From sequence record LR756504.1: 64,000 nt of DNA; one strand, written 5' to 3'. The position numbers and the translations under genes were made by a program. This document shows, one piece after another, positions 1 through 8,937 of the stretch. The notes under the pieces are model-generated. The model was given only the letters and a program-made list of their open reading frames with translations, was not told where the DNA came from and ran no database searches. The stretch's first letter is position 1. Each line of letters begins with the position of its first letter.

Positions 1-213
1 ATAAATATTGAAGTTGATATTAATATAATTGGAATAGGGCGTGTCGAAGAAGATGATAATGAAGCATTCTATTTAATTGTTGATTCTTTTGATTTAAATA
101 ATATTAGAATTGAAAATGATTTCGAATATAAAGATTTACATATTACTTTAGGATTCAAAGAAAAAGATATATTCATACCAAAAGGATTGGATACAGTGGT
201 ACTTAAATTATGA
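1..213 (+). CDS. 2H phosphoesterase-like protein, C-terminal part (5' truncated by window; not in ORF track)
   Basis: Frame 1 is open from base 1 to TGA 211-213: ...IGIGRVEEDDNEAFYLIVDSFDLNNIRIENDFEYKDLHITLGFKEKD..., containing the HxT (HITLGF) 2H motif. Confidence 0.65.
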   Translation: MNIEVDINIIGIGRVEEDDNEAFYLIVDSFDLNNIRIENDFEYKDLHITLGFKEKDIFIPKGLDTVVLKL

Positions 214-572
214 GAAAACTATATGATAGATTAAAAATACTAAAGGATAATCAAGAATTTATTTCCGATTTTGTTATTTATTTAAATGAACAAGAAAATT
301 GGAAATCATCACTCGAAAACTATGAAATAAATGATAAAATCATAGTTAAAGAGTGTAATTTTACTATAGTAAATGAAAATCATAGAGAATCTCTAACAGC
401 TATCATTGAAGTATTTAAAATAGGAGATAATAAAAAATCCAATTATACTTATTGTTTATTTAATATAGATGTAAATGGTGAATTAAGTTCTAATATAGTT
501 GAAAACTTAGAAATATTTTTCATTGATATGACATCAATCATTAGAAAGCATAGAATAACATACTTCATATGA
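210..572 (+). CDS. hypothetical protein
   Basis: 120-aa ORF; ATGA overlap with upstream and downstream ORFs. Confidence 0.6.
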   Translation: MRKLYDRLKILKDNQEFISDFVIYLNEQENWKSSLENYEINDKIIVKECNFTIVNENHRESLTAIIEVFKIGDNKKSNYTYCLFNIDVNGELSSNIVENLEIFFIDMTSIIRKHRITYFI

Positions 573-1105
573 TGAGATTAAATAATAAAAACTTTAGAGA
601 GATTTTTTTCAAAATTGATGCTGATAATATTAATGATTTAAAAAATGAAATATTGAATATATTTAAAATAAATAATATATCATCATCTTACTATTTTAGA
701 ACATGGTTTAATTTACCTATTAATAAACATAGAAATATTAGCGGATATGTAAAAAATCCATTTGAAGCACCATCTATTAATCAATTAACAGGTATTGTTC
801 AATTTTTGCATTTTTCTAAAATTGATGGATTGCCTCTATTTTTTGCATATCAAACACCCGTAGATTTTTCGGGAATACAACCTAATATGGATGTGAATAA
901 TAATACTTTAGGGCTAACAGAAAATATTATAATTGGTTTTAGTTCAAAATTAGAGTCTAATAAAATTATAGACAGTAATTATCAAATAGGAAATTTAAAC
1001 AACGTTAAAGTATTACTTGCTAGTTTACTTGAATCTGATTATCCTAATGATACTTTTAATCTAAAAAATAGAAGTGATAGAATAGAAAATTTATTAGAAG
1101 ATTGA
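569..1105 (+). CDS. hypothetical protein
   Basis: 178-aa ORF in the same operon. Confidence 0.6.
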   Translation: MMRLNNKNFREIFFKIDADNINDLKNEILNIFKINNISSSYYFRTWFNLPINKHRNISGYVKNPFEAPSINQLTGIVQFLHFSKIDGLPLFFAYQTPVDFSGIQPNMDVNNNTLGLTENIIIGFSSKLESNKIIDSNYQIGNLNNVKVLLASLLESDYPNDTFNLKNRSDRIENLLED

Positions 1106-1750
1106 TTATTTCTCTACATTTCTTTCGATGTAAAGTCCTATAGTTTTCACTAAACTACTTAAATCGTCTAATTCCACAGTAGTTGGTTTATCTAAATATT
1201 TAAATGTTAATTTAAATTTTTCATCATTTTCTTTTCTCAAATCAAGTATAATATCACTTTTGTTATTAACATTGAATTTAAAATCCATGCTTAACTTTTG
1301 ACAAGGTATTACAACGAATTCTGGATGATAATCAAATTCATACACTGAGTATCCTTCTATTTTATTTTCGAAAAAATAATTATTAATAGTTTGTTCTGGT
1401 GATACCATAAGTTCACTTAATGCTAATATATTTTCTCCAAATTTATTCTCAGAAAAAATTCTGTTTATTTTGGATTCAAGTTCATCTAAATTTGCAAATT
1501 TTAATAATCTATATTTACAATTTAAATCATAAAGATATAAGAATTCAAGCGAACGTAAATTTTCTTTATTTTCATCAAGCTTAAAAATAAAGCGAGTGTG
1601 TATAATAAGAGTAGTATCATTAGTTAGCTTATGAAAATTCAAAATCCAGTTCCAACCATTTTTATCCTTTTCGATAACGGCTTTAAATCTATAAAGATGT
1701 GTATCTTCAAAAATTATTTTTATTCTCTCTTGTAATTCTACCCAAGTCAT
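1106..1750 (-). CDS. hypothetical protein translationally coupled to bS21
   Basis: 214-aa ORF; its ATG overlaps the rpsU stop (TAATG at 1748-1752). Confidence 0.7.
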   Translation of the reverse strand: MTWVELQERIKIIFEDTHLYRFKAVIEKDKNGWNWILNFHKLTNDTTLIIHTRFIFKLDENKENLRSLEFLYLYDLNCKYRLLKFANLDELESKINRIFSENKFGENILALSELMVSPEQTINNYFFENKIEGYSVYEFDYHPEFVVIPCQKLSMDFKFNVNNKSDIILDLRKENDEKFKLTFKYLDKPTTVELDDLSSLVKTIGLYIERNVEK

Positions 1751-1938
1751 TAATCGTTGTCTTTAAATTTTTGTTGAACATAAATAGCTTTAAGCTTCTT
1801 AGTTCTTTTTTTAACAGATGATTTTTCAAAAGCCTGTCTTGCTCTTAATTCTTTTATAACTCCAACTTTTTCAAATTTTCTTTTGAATTTTTTAAGAGCT
1901 TTATCTATATTACCATCTTTTATTTCTATAATTAGCAT
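1750..1938 (-). CDS. rpsU: 30S ribosomal protein bS21 (phage-encoded)
   Basis: MLIIEIKDGNIDKALKKFKRKFEKVGVIKELRARQAFEKSSVKKR...KAIY matches the Bacteroidota bS21 pattern. Confidence 0.93.
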   Translation of the reverse strand: MLIIEIKDGNIDKALKKFKRKFEKVGVIKELRARQAFEKSSVKKRTKKLKAIYVQQKFKDND

Positions 1939-1958
1939 GATTGTATTTATTTTTTATA

Positions 1959-4679
1959 TTAAAATCTTTCTGTTTTAAAATGTTCTATTTCTATCAAATA
2001 TTTTTCGCTTATTGTTGTAGATACTCTATCAATATTAGTAATAGTAATAGTATATCCCGTATTTATTCTAAATGACATTGGTTGAGTGAAATATGAACCA
2101 TCTAATTGATATTCATTACTAATACCAGCTTGATCATCATTTACCAATCTGAATATTTCTGCAAAATCTGGTAATGTTGAATCTGATGTTATTTGTAAAT
2201 TGAATGTATTGTTTACAATTTCTCCAACTATAGGATATTGTCCAGAAATATCAACTTTTGTTGTTTTATAAATTATATTAAAATTTTCGAGTGTAATAAC
2301 ATCACCAACTTTAAATGCATTTGTTTGAAGAGGTTTTATTCCAATCGAAATAAAATAATTATCTGTTATTTTTTTAATTGATATCACTTCTGGTGTAAAT
2401 GTTGATGGTATAGAATTCCATCTTTTCGAAATACCATCCGTTATTATATTGGCATTTAAATTTTTATCAATTGGTAAATCAATAGTTTTTGTTAATTTAT
2501 AACCAGCTATATTATCAACGTTATCAACTAATTTAGTAAGCATACTTATATTAAGCTGTTTATTAAATTGAGCATCTTTTGGATAAATTTTAAATACCGC
2601 AGATTGTCTATAATCTAAATCTCTATCTAAAACTATATTAAGAGGCTTACCTAAATTTACATCCGATGTATCATCATTTATAATATTAATCATAAAATCT
2701 TTTCCTGATGGGACTATTAACTTGTAATTAATAATTGTATTATTTTGATTATTATAAAGCGTACTCACTGGTAATTGTTGAATTAAGCCAAATCTCGAAT
2801 CCTTACTATCTAATATAAGTAATGGTGGATTTACCGTTTCATCGACAGTAACTTTGATAGTTTCAGAATCTTTTATTTGATGTCTTTTATATAAATTTAG
2901 TAAAGTGTATAGTGAATCAATTCTGAAATTAATATCTCTAACATCAGTTTGGGTATAAAGAAGAGATTTTAAATTAGCTAATTCTTCCTGAAATGTAGAT
3001 AAATTAACTGCTAAGGATAAGAAAATATCATTTGTTTTAGCAATCCTTAACATTACTTCATTAAATAAGTCAAAACCAAAAATTGAATATACTTTTTGTG
3101 GATCGAATGCTTCAATTATATTATCATTATTGATATTAAAGTTTAAGTTAATATTAAATTGATATGATAAACCATCTTGTTTACCATTAGATACCAATTT
3201 TTTATAAGTTTCTATTTTATTATCTACTGCTGGATTAACAAATGTGAGTCCGTATAAATTAATTCCAAAATTAGTGCCATTAGATTTAGTTTTATCTTCT
3301 ACTTGATAATACCATAATATAACGTTGAATTCGAAATCTTTAGGTGGTAAATTATTAAAACTTTGGGCGTTTAATTCGTCAAAATTTTTAGAAACTTTAC
3401 CTGGTAAGTTCATTTTGATATAATGTGAATAATCAAAATCAACGCCCAAACCATCTATATTAGAACCATCAAACTCTGGATATACAAAAGGAGCTTCAGC
3501 AACTCTTGTTTTTTTTCTATTGGTTTCAGTAATACCAAAATAGTCTCCTCTTTTTCTATCAGCTGCGCCAGCAGAATTTATATACTTCTGATCAACATCG
3601 AAATATGCGTATTGATCACCTGGAAATAATTCTGGATTTAATACAATTGGAGATTCTGATAATTCACCACCTATAATTTCAGGTTGATCTTGACTCGGAA
3701 GAATTGGATATTGATTACCTGGTCCATAATTTTTATCAGAACTAATTCTGAATAGAATATCAGGTGTCTGACCATTTTGATCGGGTATATAAGCAACCAC
3801 TTCAGTATATGATCGATTTGCCATTTGAACATTGTTTACAGAGCTAATTTCACCAATGTATTGAACTACTTGTTGATATTTTAATTGTAATGATACAACA
3901 GCGAAATTATTCCAAAATATAGGTTCAGTTTGACTAACTACTATTCTAATAACATCATTTTTATTATTTTCATTTGCTGAAGTATCTACTGTATTAACTA
4001 AGAATTCTCTTGAAATACCACCATCGAATATTTGAAATGTTCCTTCACTTGTTAAAATAATAGTATCCGATGGTTTTATAGTAGTACTTGAAGCAATCGT
4101 AATTTCATATACCTTTAAGAAATTTCCTAATGTTTCTGGATCTGGTACTAAATCACCAGTATCTACAATATTAGATACATTATATTTAATAACACTTCTT
4201 TCTTTCCATAAATATTCTTTAAAATAATCATCTGGTGCATTATCATTTATTGCAAATTCTGTAGAATCAACATATTCATCATTTGGTATAGCAGGTTCAA
4301 ATTGCATAGCACCAGTTTTTCTTAACCATTTCCAAAAAATCTTTTCTGATGTAGTTTGTATTTCATTAGGATCATAAAAATAAGTATTATTATTTATTTT
4401 AGATTCACGTATTACTGATTCTTGATTAGCAACATAATTTCTCAATGAATTTACTAATAAATCACCCATATCTGTAATAACATTAAAAGACTCTGTATTG
4501 AACTGTTCAGGATTTGTAAAATCCATTTTTGATAAATCTAAATTTAATAACATAAATTTAGAAAAATTCATGTGATAATTCTCATTTTGATGAGATGCTG
4601 AAATGTCTTCTGATGCACCTGGAACAACATAAGTAGTATACCCCTGATTTTTAAGAAATTTGTAAAGAGGAGTTGCCAT
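1959..4679 (-). CDS. putative virion structural protein (906 aa)
   Basis: Large beta-rich Asn/Ile-rich ORF preceded by the late-type TAATATATA motif; no catalytic motifs seen. Confidence 0.5.
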   Translation of the reverse strand: MATPLYKFLKNQGYTTYVVPGASEDISASHQNENYHMNFSKFMLLNLDLSKMDFTNPEQFNTESFNVITDMGDLLVNSLRNYVANQESVIRESKINNNTYFYDPNEIQTTSEKIFWKWLRKTGAMQFEPAIPNDEYVDSTEFAINDNAPDDYFKEYLWKERSVIKYNVSNIVDTGDLVPDPETLGNFLKVYEITIASSTTIKPSDTIILTSEGTFQIFDGGISREFLVNTVDTSANENNKNDVIRIVVSQTEPIFWNNFAVVSLQLKYQQVVQYIGEISSVNNVQMANRSYTEVVAYIPDQNGQTPDILFRISSDKNYGPGNQYPILPSQDQPEIIGGELSESPIVLNPELFPGDQYAYFDVDQKYINSAGAADRKRGDYFGITETNRKKTRVAEAPFVYPEFDGSNIDGLGVDFDYSHYIKMNLPGKVSKNFDELNAQSFNNLPPKDFEFNVILWYYQVEDKTKSNGTNFGINLYGLTFVNPAVDNKIETYKKLVSNGKQDGLSYQFNINLNFNINNDNIIEAFDPQKVYSIFGFDLFNEVMLRIAKTNDIFLSLAVNLSTFQEELANLKSLLYTQTDVRDINFRIDSLYTLLNLYKRHQIKDSETIKVTVDETVNPPLLILDSKDSRFGLIQQLPVSTLYNNQNNTIINYKLIVPSGKDFMINIINDDTSDVNLGKPLNIVLDRDLDYRQSAVFKIYPKDAQFNKQLNISMLTKLVDNVDNIAGYKLTKTIDLPIDKNLNANIITDGISKRWNSIPSTFTPEVISIKKITDNYFISIGIKPLQTNAFKVGDVITLENFNIIYKTTKVDISGQYPIVGEIVNNTFNLQITSDSTLPDFAEIFRLVNDDQAGISNEYQLDGSYFTQPMSFRINTGYTITITNIDRVSTTISEKYLIEIEHFKTERF

Positions 4680-4683
4680 ATTT

Positions 4684-4708
4684 TATATATTATTTATAGT
4701 ATATATAA
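4684..4708 (-). promoter_or_regulatory. putative late promoter cluster (TAATATATA, TTATATATA, TATAAATA)
   Basis: Three overlapping motifs directly upstream of ATG 4679; T(A/T)ATATATA recurs before many structural genes. Confidence 0.5.
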
Positions 4709-4725
4709 AATCCAATACATTTCAA

Positions 4726-5775
4726 ATGAATATTAAAAACAAAGAATTTATAGAAAAAGCTAATAAAATACATAATAACAAATATGATTATTCATTAATT
4801 AATTATGTTAATAACAGAACAAATATTAAAATAATTTGCTCTATACACGGAGAATTTGAACAAATTCCAGATAAACACACAAACAGAAAACAAGGATGTC
4901 CTAATTGTAGCCCAACAAAAAAAATAACACATGAGTACTTTTTATCAGAAACTAAAAAAAAATATGATAATTTATTTNNNNNNNNNNNNNNNNNNNNNAA
5001 ACATTCGCATGATTACATTAAAATAATTTGTTCTAAACATGGTGAATTTAAAGAAAAACCTTATATTCATTTAAAAAGAAATACTTGCATAGGTTGTAAA
5101 AAAATAATTGTTCTTAATAGATACATCGAAGAATGTCAAGAAATACACAACAACAAATACGATTACTCTTTAGTAAAATATACTAATTGTTATAATAAAG
5201 TTGATATTATATGCTCAGAACATGGTATTTTTAAACAAGCATTACATTCTCATAAACAAGGACATGGATGTACTAAATGTGGAATTAGTATCAAATATGA
5301 AGGTTACAACTTTATAGAAAAGGCTATTAAAATACACAATAATATATATGATTATTCATTGGTTGAGTATAAAAATAATACAATTAAAGTTAAAATTATA
5401 TGTACAAAACATGGTATTTTTGATCAACAACCAGTATCCCATTTAATGGGACACGGTTGTCCAAAATGTAAATCTTCTAAAGGAGAAAAACAAATACAAA
5501 AATTTTTAGATGATAATGAAATAGAATATAATTATCAATATATAATAAATTTCAATAATAAAAAATATTTATATGATTTCCATTTACCTGAGCATAATTT
5601 ATATATTGAATATGATGGCGAACAACATTTTAAACCAGTTAAATATTTTGGCGGATTAAATAAATTTTTACAAAGAATTAATAACGATTTTCAAAAAGAT
5701 AAGTATTGTATATTAAATGATGTAAATTTATTAAGGATACCATATTGGGAAATTATTAATATAGAAAAAACATAA
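4726..5775 (+). CDS. freestanding (homing-type) endonuclease: four Zn-binding repeats plus C-terminal PD-(D/E)XK/Vsr-like nuclease
   Basis: Four repeats of KYDYSLxxY...KIICxxHGxF...HxxGxGCxxC; C-terminal YDFHLPEHNLYIEYDGEQHF. Confidence 0.8.
   Translation: MNIKNKEFIEKANKIHNNKYDYSLINYVNNRTNIKIICSIHGEFEQIPDKHTNRKQGCPNCSPTKKITHEYFLSETKKKYDNLFXXXXXXXKHSHDYIKIICSKHGEFKEKPYIHLKRNTCIGCKKIIVLNRYIEECQEIHNNKYDYSLVKYTNCYNKVDIICSEHGIFKQALHSHKQGHGCTKCGISIKYEGYNFIEKAIKIHNNIYDYSLVEYKNNTIKVKIICTKHGIFDQQPVSHLMGHGCPKCKSSKGEKQIQKFLDDNEIEYNYQYIINFNNKKYLYDFHLPEHNLYIEYDGEQHFKPVKYFGGLNKFLQRINNDFQKDKYCILNDVNLLRIPYWEIINIEKT
4978..4998. other. assembly gap (21 N)
   Basis: Run of 21 n inside repeat 2 of the endonuclease; the frame is preserved. 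Confidence 0.99.
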
Positions 5776-5822
5776 GAAATTATTATATTTTATTCTGTTT
5801 TATAATAAAATATAATAATTTC

Positions 5823-6194
5823 TTATGTTTTTTCTATTCTATAACACTTTCTACCATGTTGATTTATGTATTTAATTACACCATCATATCCTTTATCTTT
5901 AGATAAAACATAGAAAATTGTATCTTTGTCTGTAATTTTATTAAATTCTCCAAGAAGATAACACAAATGGAAGTCTAAGTTATTTCTACCTTCTGATGCT
6001 ATTTTTATCCACGTTAGATTAGTTCCTAGTTCTTGTGTTCTTTTAACTAGTTCAAAAGGTATTCTATTTTGAAAACTTCCTACCAACATGAATATTTTAA
6101 CATTGTCCAGTTTAATTTTATCTACATTTAGTTGATGTATATTTTCTAAATCAACAAATAAATATTTTGGCTTACATTCCTTTACTCTTATCAT
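5823..6194 (-). CDS. PIN/NYN-like domain protein
   Basis: FVDLENI...GRNNLDFHL...VLSKDKGYD acidic PIN motifs. Confidence 0.75.
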   Translation of the reverse strand: MIRVKECKPKYLFVDLENIHQLNVDKIKLDNVKIFMLVGSFQNRIPFELVKRTQELGTNLTWIKIASEGRNNLDFHLCYLLGEFNKITDKDTIFYVLSKDKGYDGVIKYINQHGRKCYRIEKT

Positions 6195-6255
6195 ACCCTT
6201 CTTAGTTTCTTACTTATTAATATAAAAAAGTATTTTGTTTTAAAAAATGAAACAG

Positions 6256-6432
6256 TTATTTAAGTAATAATATCAACAATTCATTGAGAAAATATAATAC
6301 ACAGAAAAATATTACACCTACTATAATACCAAACATGAAATTTCCTATGCCTCCACAAAAGGCAACACCGAACAACGCAAATAATATTGAAGAAATTAGC
6401 ATTAACACAAAAAACTCTTTAATTTTTTCCAT
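6256..6432 (-). CDS. small two-TM membrane protein (58 aa; below ORF-track cutoff)
   Basis: MEKIKEFFVLMLISSILFALFGVAFCGGIGNFMFGIIVGVIFFCVLYFLNELLILLLK; follows 6444..6863 in the same orientation. Confidence 0.65.
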   Translation of the reverse strand: MEKIKEFFVLMLISSILFALFGVAFCGGIGNFMFGIIVGVIFFCVLYFLNELLILLLK

Positions 6433-6443
6433 TATTTTATAAT

Positions 6444-6863
6444 TTAAGATTTTAACATTCCTAGTATTTTTACAGAAGTAATAAATAATAAATTCTGAAC
6501 GGACATTTCACCAACTTCGGAATATCTATTATCACTTATCCATTCTTTAACTGCTTTTTTGTGATAAGTTTCTGCTAAAACCACAGCTAATTCAAGAGAT
6601 TCTAATTTATTGATTTCTATCTGAATAGCAGATAGATTCTTATTCTTATTTAAAATATCGTATGCCACTTCTGCATAAAAAGATACTAAATTTTCATTAG
6701 ATGCTGTAAGCTCTATGAGTTCTTCCATAGAAACATTATTCTTCCCAATAAAACTTACAACATCGTCAATATATTCATTTTTCATGAAGCCAACTCCTTC
6801 TGAATCATTATGTTCAGATATAAGATAATTAATAAATTTTTGCAATTTTTTTTCAAAACTCAT
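6444..6863 (-). CDS. hypothetical protein
   Basis: 139-aa ORF in the operon under the host-type promoter at 7086-7117. Confidence 0.65.
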   Translation of the reverse strand: MSFEKKLQKFINYLISEHNDSEGVGFMKNEYIDDVVSFIGKNNVSMEELIELTASNENLVSFYAEVAYDILNKNKNLSAIQIEINKLESLELAVVLAETYHKKAVKEWISDNRYSEVGEMSVQNLLFITSVKILGMLKS

Positions 6864-6865
6864 AT

Positions 6866-7057
6866 TTAATCAATGTTTTGTGCGTTTAAAAAGTCTTCCT
6901 GATTTTTGAATTCAAATGTTGATATAATTATAATTGGTTGTTGCATTTCTTCTACTAAACTTTTAAGTGATGGGAATTTTTCGGATGCTTTGAAATATGT
7001 TCCAAAACCACCACCTAAAGCATTTTTATATGCGTAAGAAAACATAAAATATCTCAT
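6866..7057 (-). CDS. hypothetical protein
   Basis: 63-aa ORF, first gene after the host-type promoter. Confidence 0.6.
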   Translation of the reverse strand: MRYFMFSYAYKNALGGGFGTYFKASEKFPSLKSLVEEMQQPIIIISTFEFKNQEDFLNAQNID

Positions 7058-7085
7058 ACTATATCTTTAAATTCTTAAACATGTA

Positions 7086-7117
7086 CAAATATAAGATATT
7101 TTATATAATTTTCCAAA
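7086..7117 (-). promoter_or_regulatory. Bacteroidota housekeeping-sigma type promoter
   Basis: Minus strand TTTG-N20-TATATTTG matches the -33 TTTG / -7 TAnnTTTG consensus. Confidence 0.75.
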
Positions 7118-7160
7118 CTTTTAAAAGAAAAAACATTTTAATTTTGTAAGACAAAAAATA

Positions 7161-7169
7161 TAATATATA
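7161..7169 (+). promoter_or_regulatory. putative late promoter TAATATATA
   Basis: 20 nt upstream of the baseplate wedge ATG. Confidence 0.5.
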
Positions 7170-7189
7170 ACTAAAATCTTTGCGATTAA

Positions 7190-8935
7190 ATGAATCTTAA
7201 ATTTATTGAGGTTAAATTTCAAACATTAAAGACTGAAATTAATGACTTTATCAAGAAAACATACAATAAATCCGATGTTTTATTATCAGCAAGCGATCCT
7301 TACGGACATATTTTAGGTGCAATTGAGATGATTTTTAGTTCATCTTTACTTTATTTAAAGAATGTAACTGCTCAATTTGATATTAACAACCCAAAGAATA
7401 CTAATGGTAAAATGATAAAAGCCTTAGCGAGAGTTGGTGGGTATAATCCTGGGAGAGCTATAAGTGCTACTGGTACTCTCACATTACAATTAAAACCTGG
7501 CATAGATATTTTAGAAGAAATTCCTGGTGGTGAAATCACTATTTTACATGGATCTAAAATAACTAACAAAAGTAATAATTTAGATTATTATATTGATTTA
7601 GGTATAGAAAAAGCGTCTTACTTATTGAGTCATAATACTAAATATTTTTTACCTGTGGTTCAAGGTAAAGTAGAGACATTTCCATTTACTGGAACTGGTG
7701 AACAACTACAGTCATTTTCGGTAGATTTGCCTAATGGGCAATCACCTGAACAATTTAGAATAACTGTTAAGGTTGATGGACAAATATGGAGTATAAAAGA
7801 CCATTTATATGATATACTTACAGATGAAGAAGCTTGTGTTGTACGAACTGGTATTAATGGTGGATTAGATATTTATTTTGGAACAGGGTTTTTTGGAAAA
7901 ATACCAGGTATAAGTGATGAAATAGAAGTTAGATATGTTGTGTCAGATGGTTCATTAGGTAATATTCCACATAAATTAGTTAATGATTGGACATTTACTG
8001 ACGAACTTTTTGATAAATTTGGAACACCTGTTGATATTGAAAAAAACTTTAATGTATTTATAGAAAATGAAGTGAGTATGGGTGGCGATTCAGAAAATCC
8101 ATTATTTACAAAAGCTATATTACCACATGTTTCAAGAAACTTTGTTTTAGCAAGACCTGAACAATATATTTTCCATTTAAAGAGATTAAATGTATTTTCT
8201 CAAATTGATGCTTATACAACAGAAAAAGGAACTGATAATGATGATGGGAATGATAAAGATGATTCTGTAGTATATTTATTTTTAATTCCTGATATTGCAT
8301 TATTTCTACAAGGTGGTACATCATATTTTGATTTAGATTTAAATGCTTTTATTTTAGAACAATTTGAAAAAGATAAAGTTGAGAGATATTTAAGAACACA
8401 AGGTACTATAGGTTTAGGTAATGCTGTTAAAATTATTGATCCTATAATTAGGAAATATATTATTAATATTCATTTAAGAATTTTTGAAGATGCTAATGAA
8501 GATAATATTAGAAGTGAAATTAGTAGTAACCTTAGCTCATACTTTGGAACTTTAGTAAGGAGAGGTATTATTCCTAAATCAGACATTATTAGAATTATAG
8601 AAGAGATTGATGGTGTTGACTCAATAGATTGTAGTTTTATATCGGAATCAAATGAATCATATCATTTAAGCTTTGAAAAATATAAACAAAGTATAATGAG
8701 AAACAATCCAAAAGCTAATCCATTAACTATCAAAATGACTGGTTATGATCCAAATAGAGTAATTGGATTAGATCCTAAACTTGGTGATATTCTTTATAAT
8801 AAGAATGAATTACCTATCATAAGAGGTGGATTTAGAACTAGAAATGATATTTATTATAATGAAACACCAAACAGTAAAGGACTAAGCTCAATTAACATAG
8901 AAATACTTGGCATTAGTAAAAGAACGATGTTTTAA
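7190..8935 (+). CDS. baseplate wedge subunit (T4 gp6 / baseplate J-like)
   Basis: ARVGGYNPGRAISATGTL, GLDIYFGTGFFGKIP, IEVRYVVSDGSLGN, GGDSE...ILPHVSRNFVLARPEQY pattern. Confidence 0.85.
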   Translation: MNLKFIEVKFQTLKTEINDFIKKTYNKSDVLLSASDPYGHILGAIEMIFSSSLLYLKNVTAQFDINNPKNTNGKMIKALARVGGYNPGRAISATGTLTLQLKPGIDILEEIPGGEITILHGSKITNKSNNLDYYIDLGIEKASYLLSHNTKYFLPVVQGKVETFPFTGTGEQLQSFSVDLPNGQSPEQFRITVKVDGQIWSIKDHLYDILTDEEACVVRTGINGGLDIYFGTGFFGKIPGISDEIEVRYVVSDGSLGNIPHKLVNDWTFTDELFDKFGTPVDIEKNFNVFIENEVSMGGDSENPLFTKAILPHVSRNFVLARPEQYIFHLKRLNVFSQIDAYTTEKGTDNDDGNDKDDSVVYLFLIPDIALFLQGGTSYFDLDLNAFILEQFEKDKVERYLRTQGTIGLGNAVKIIDPIIRKYIINIHLRIFEDANEDNIRSEISSNLSSYFGTLVRRGIIPKSDIIRIIEEIDGVDSIDCSFISESNESYHLSFEKYKQSIMRNNPKANPLTIKMTGYDPNRVIGLDPKLGDILYNKNELPIIRGGFRTRNDIYYNETPNSKGLSSINIEILGISKRTMF

Positions 8936-8937
8936 CG

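Noticed and set aside
4691-4698. T4 late promoter TATAAATA as the general late signal
   Set aside because: Seen at this one gene head only; T(A/T)ATATATA is the recurrent form
4978-4998. Frameshift or pseudogene at the N run
   Set aside because: The 21-nt gap keeps the frame and matches the repeat length
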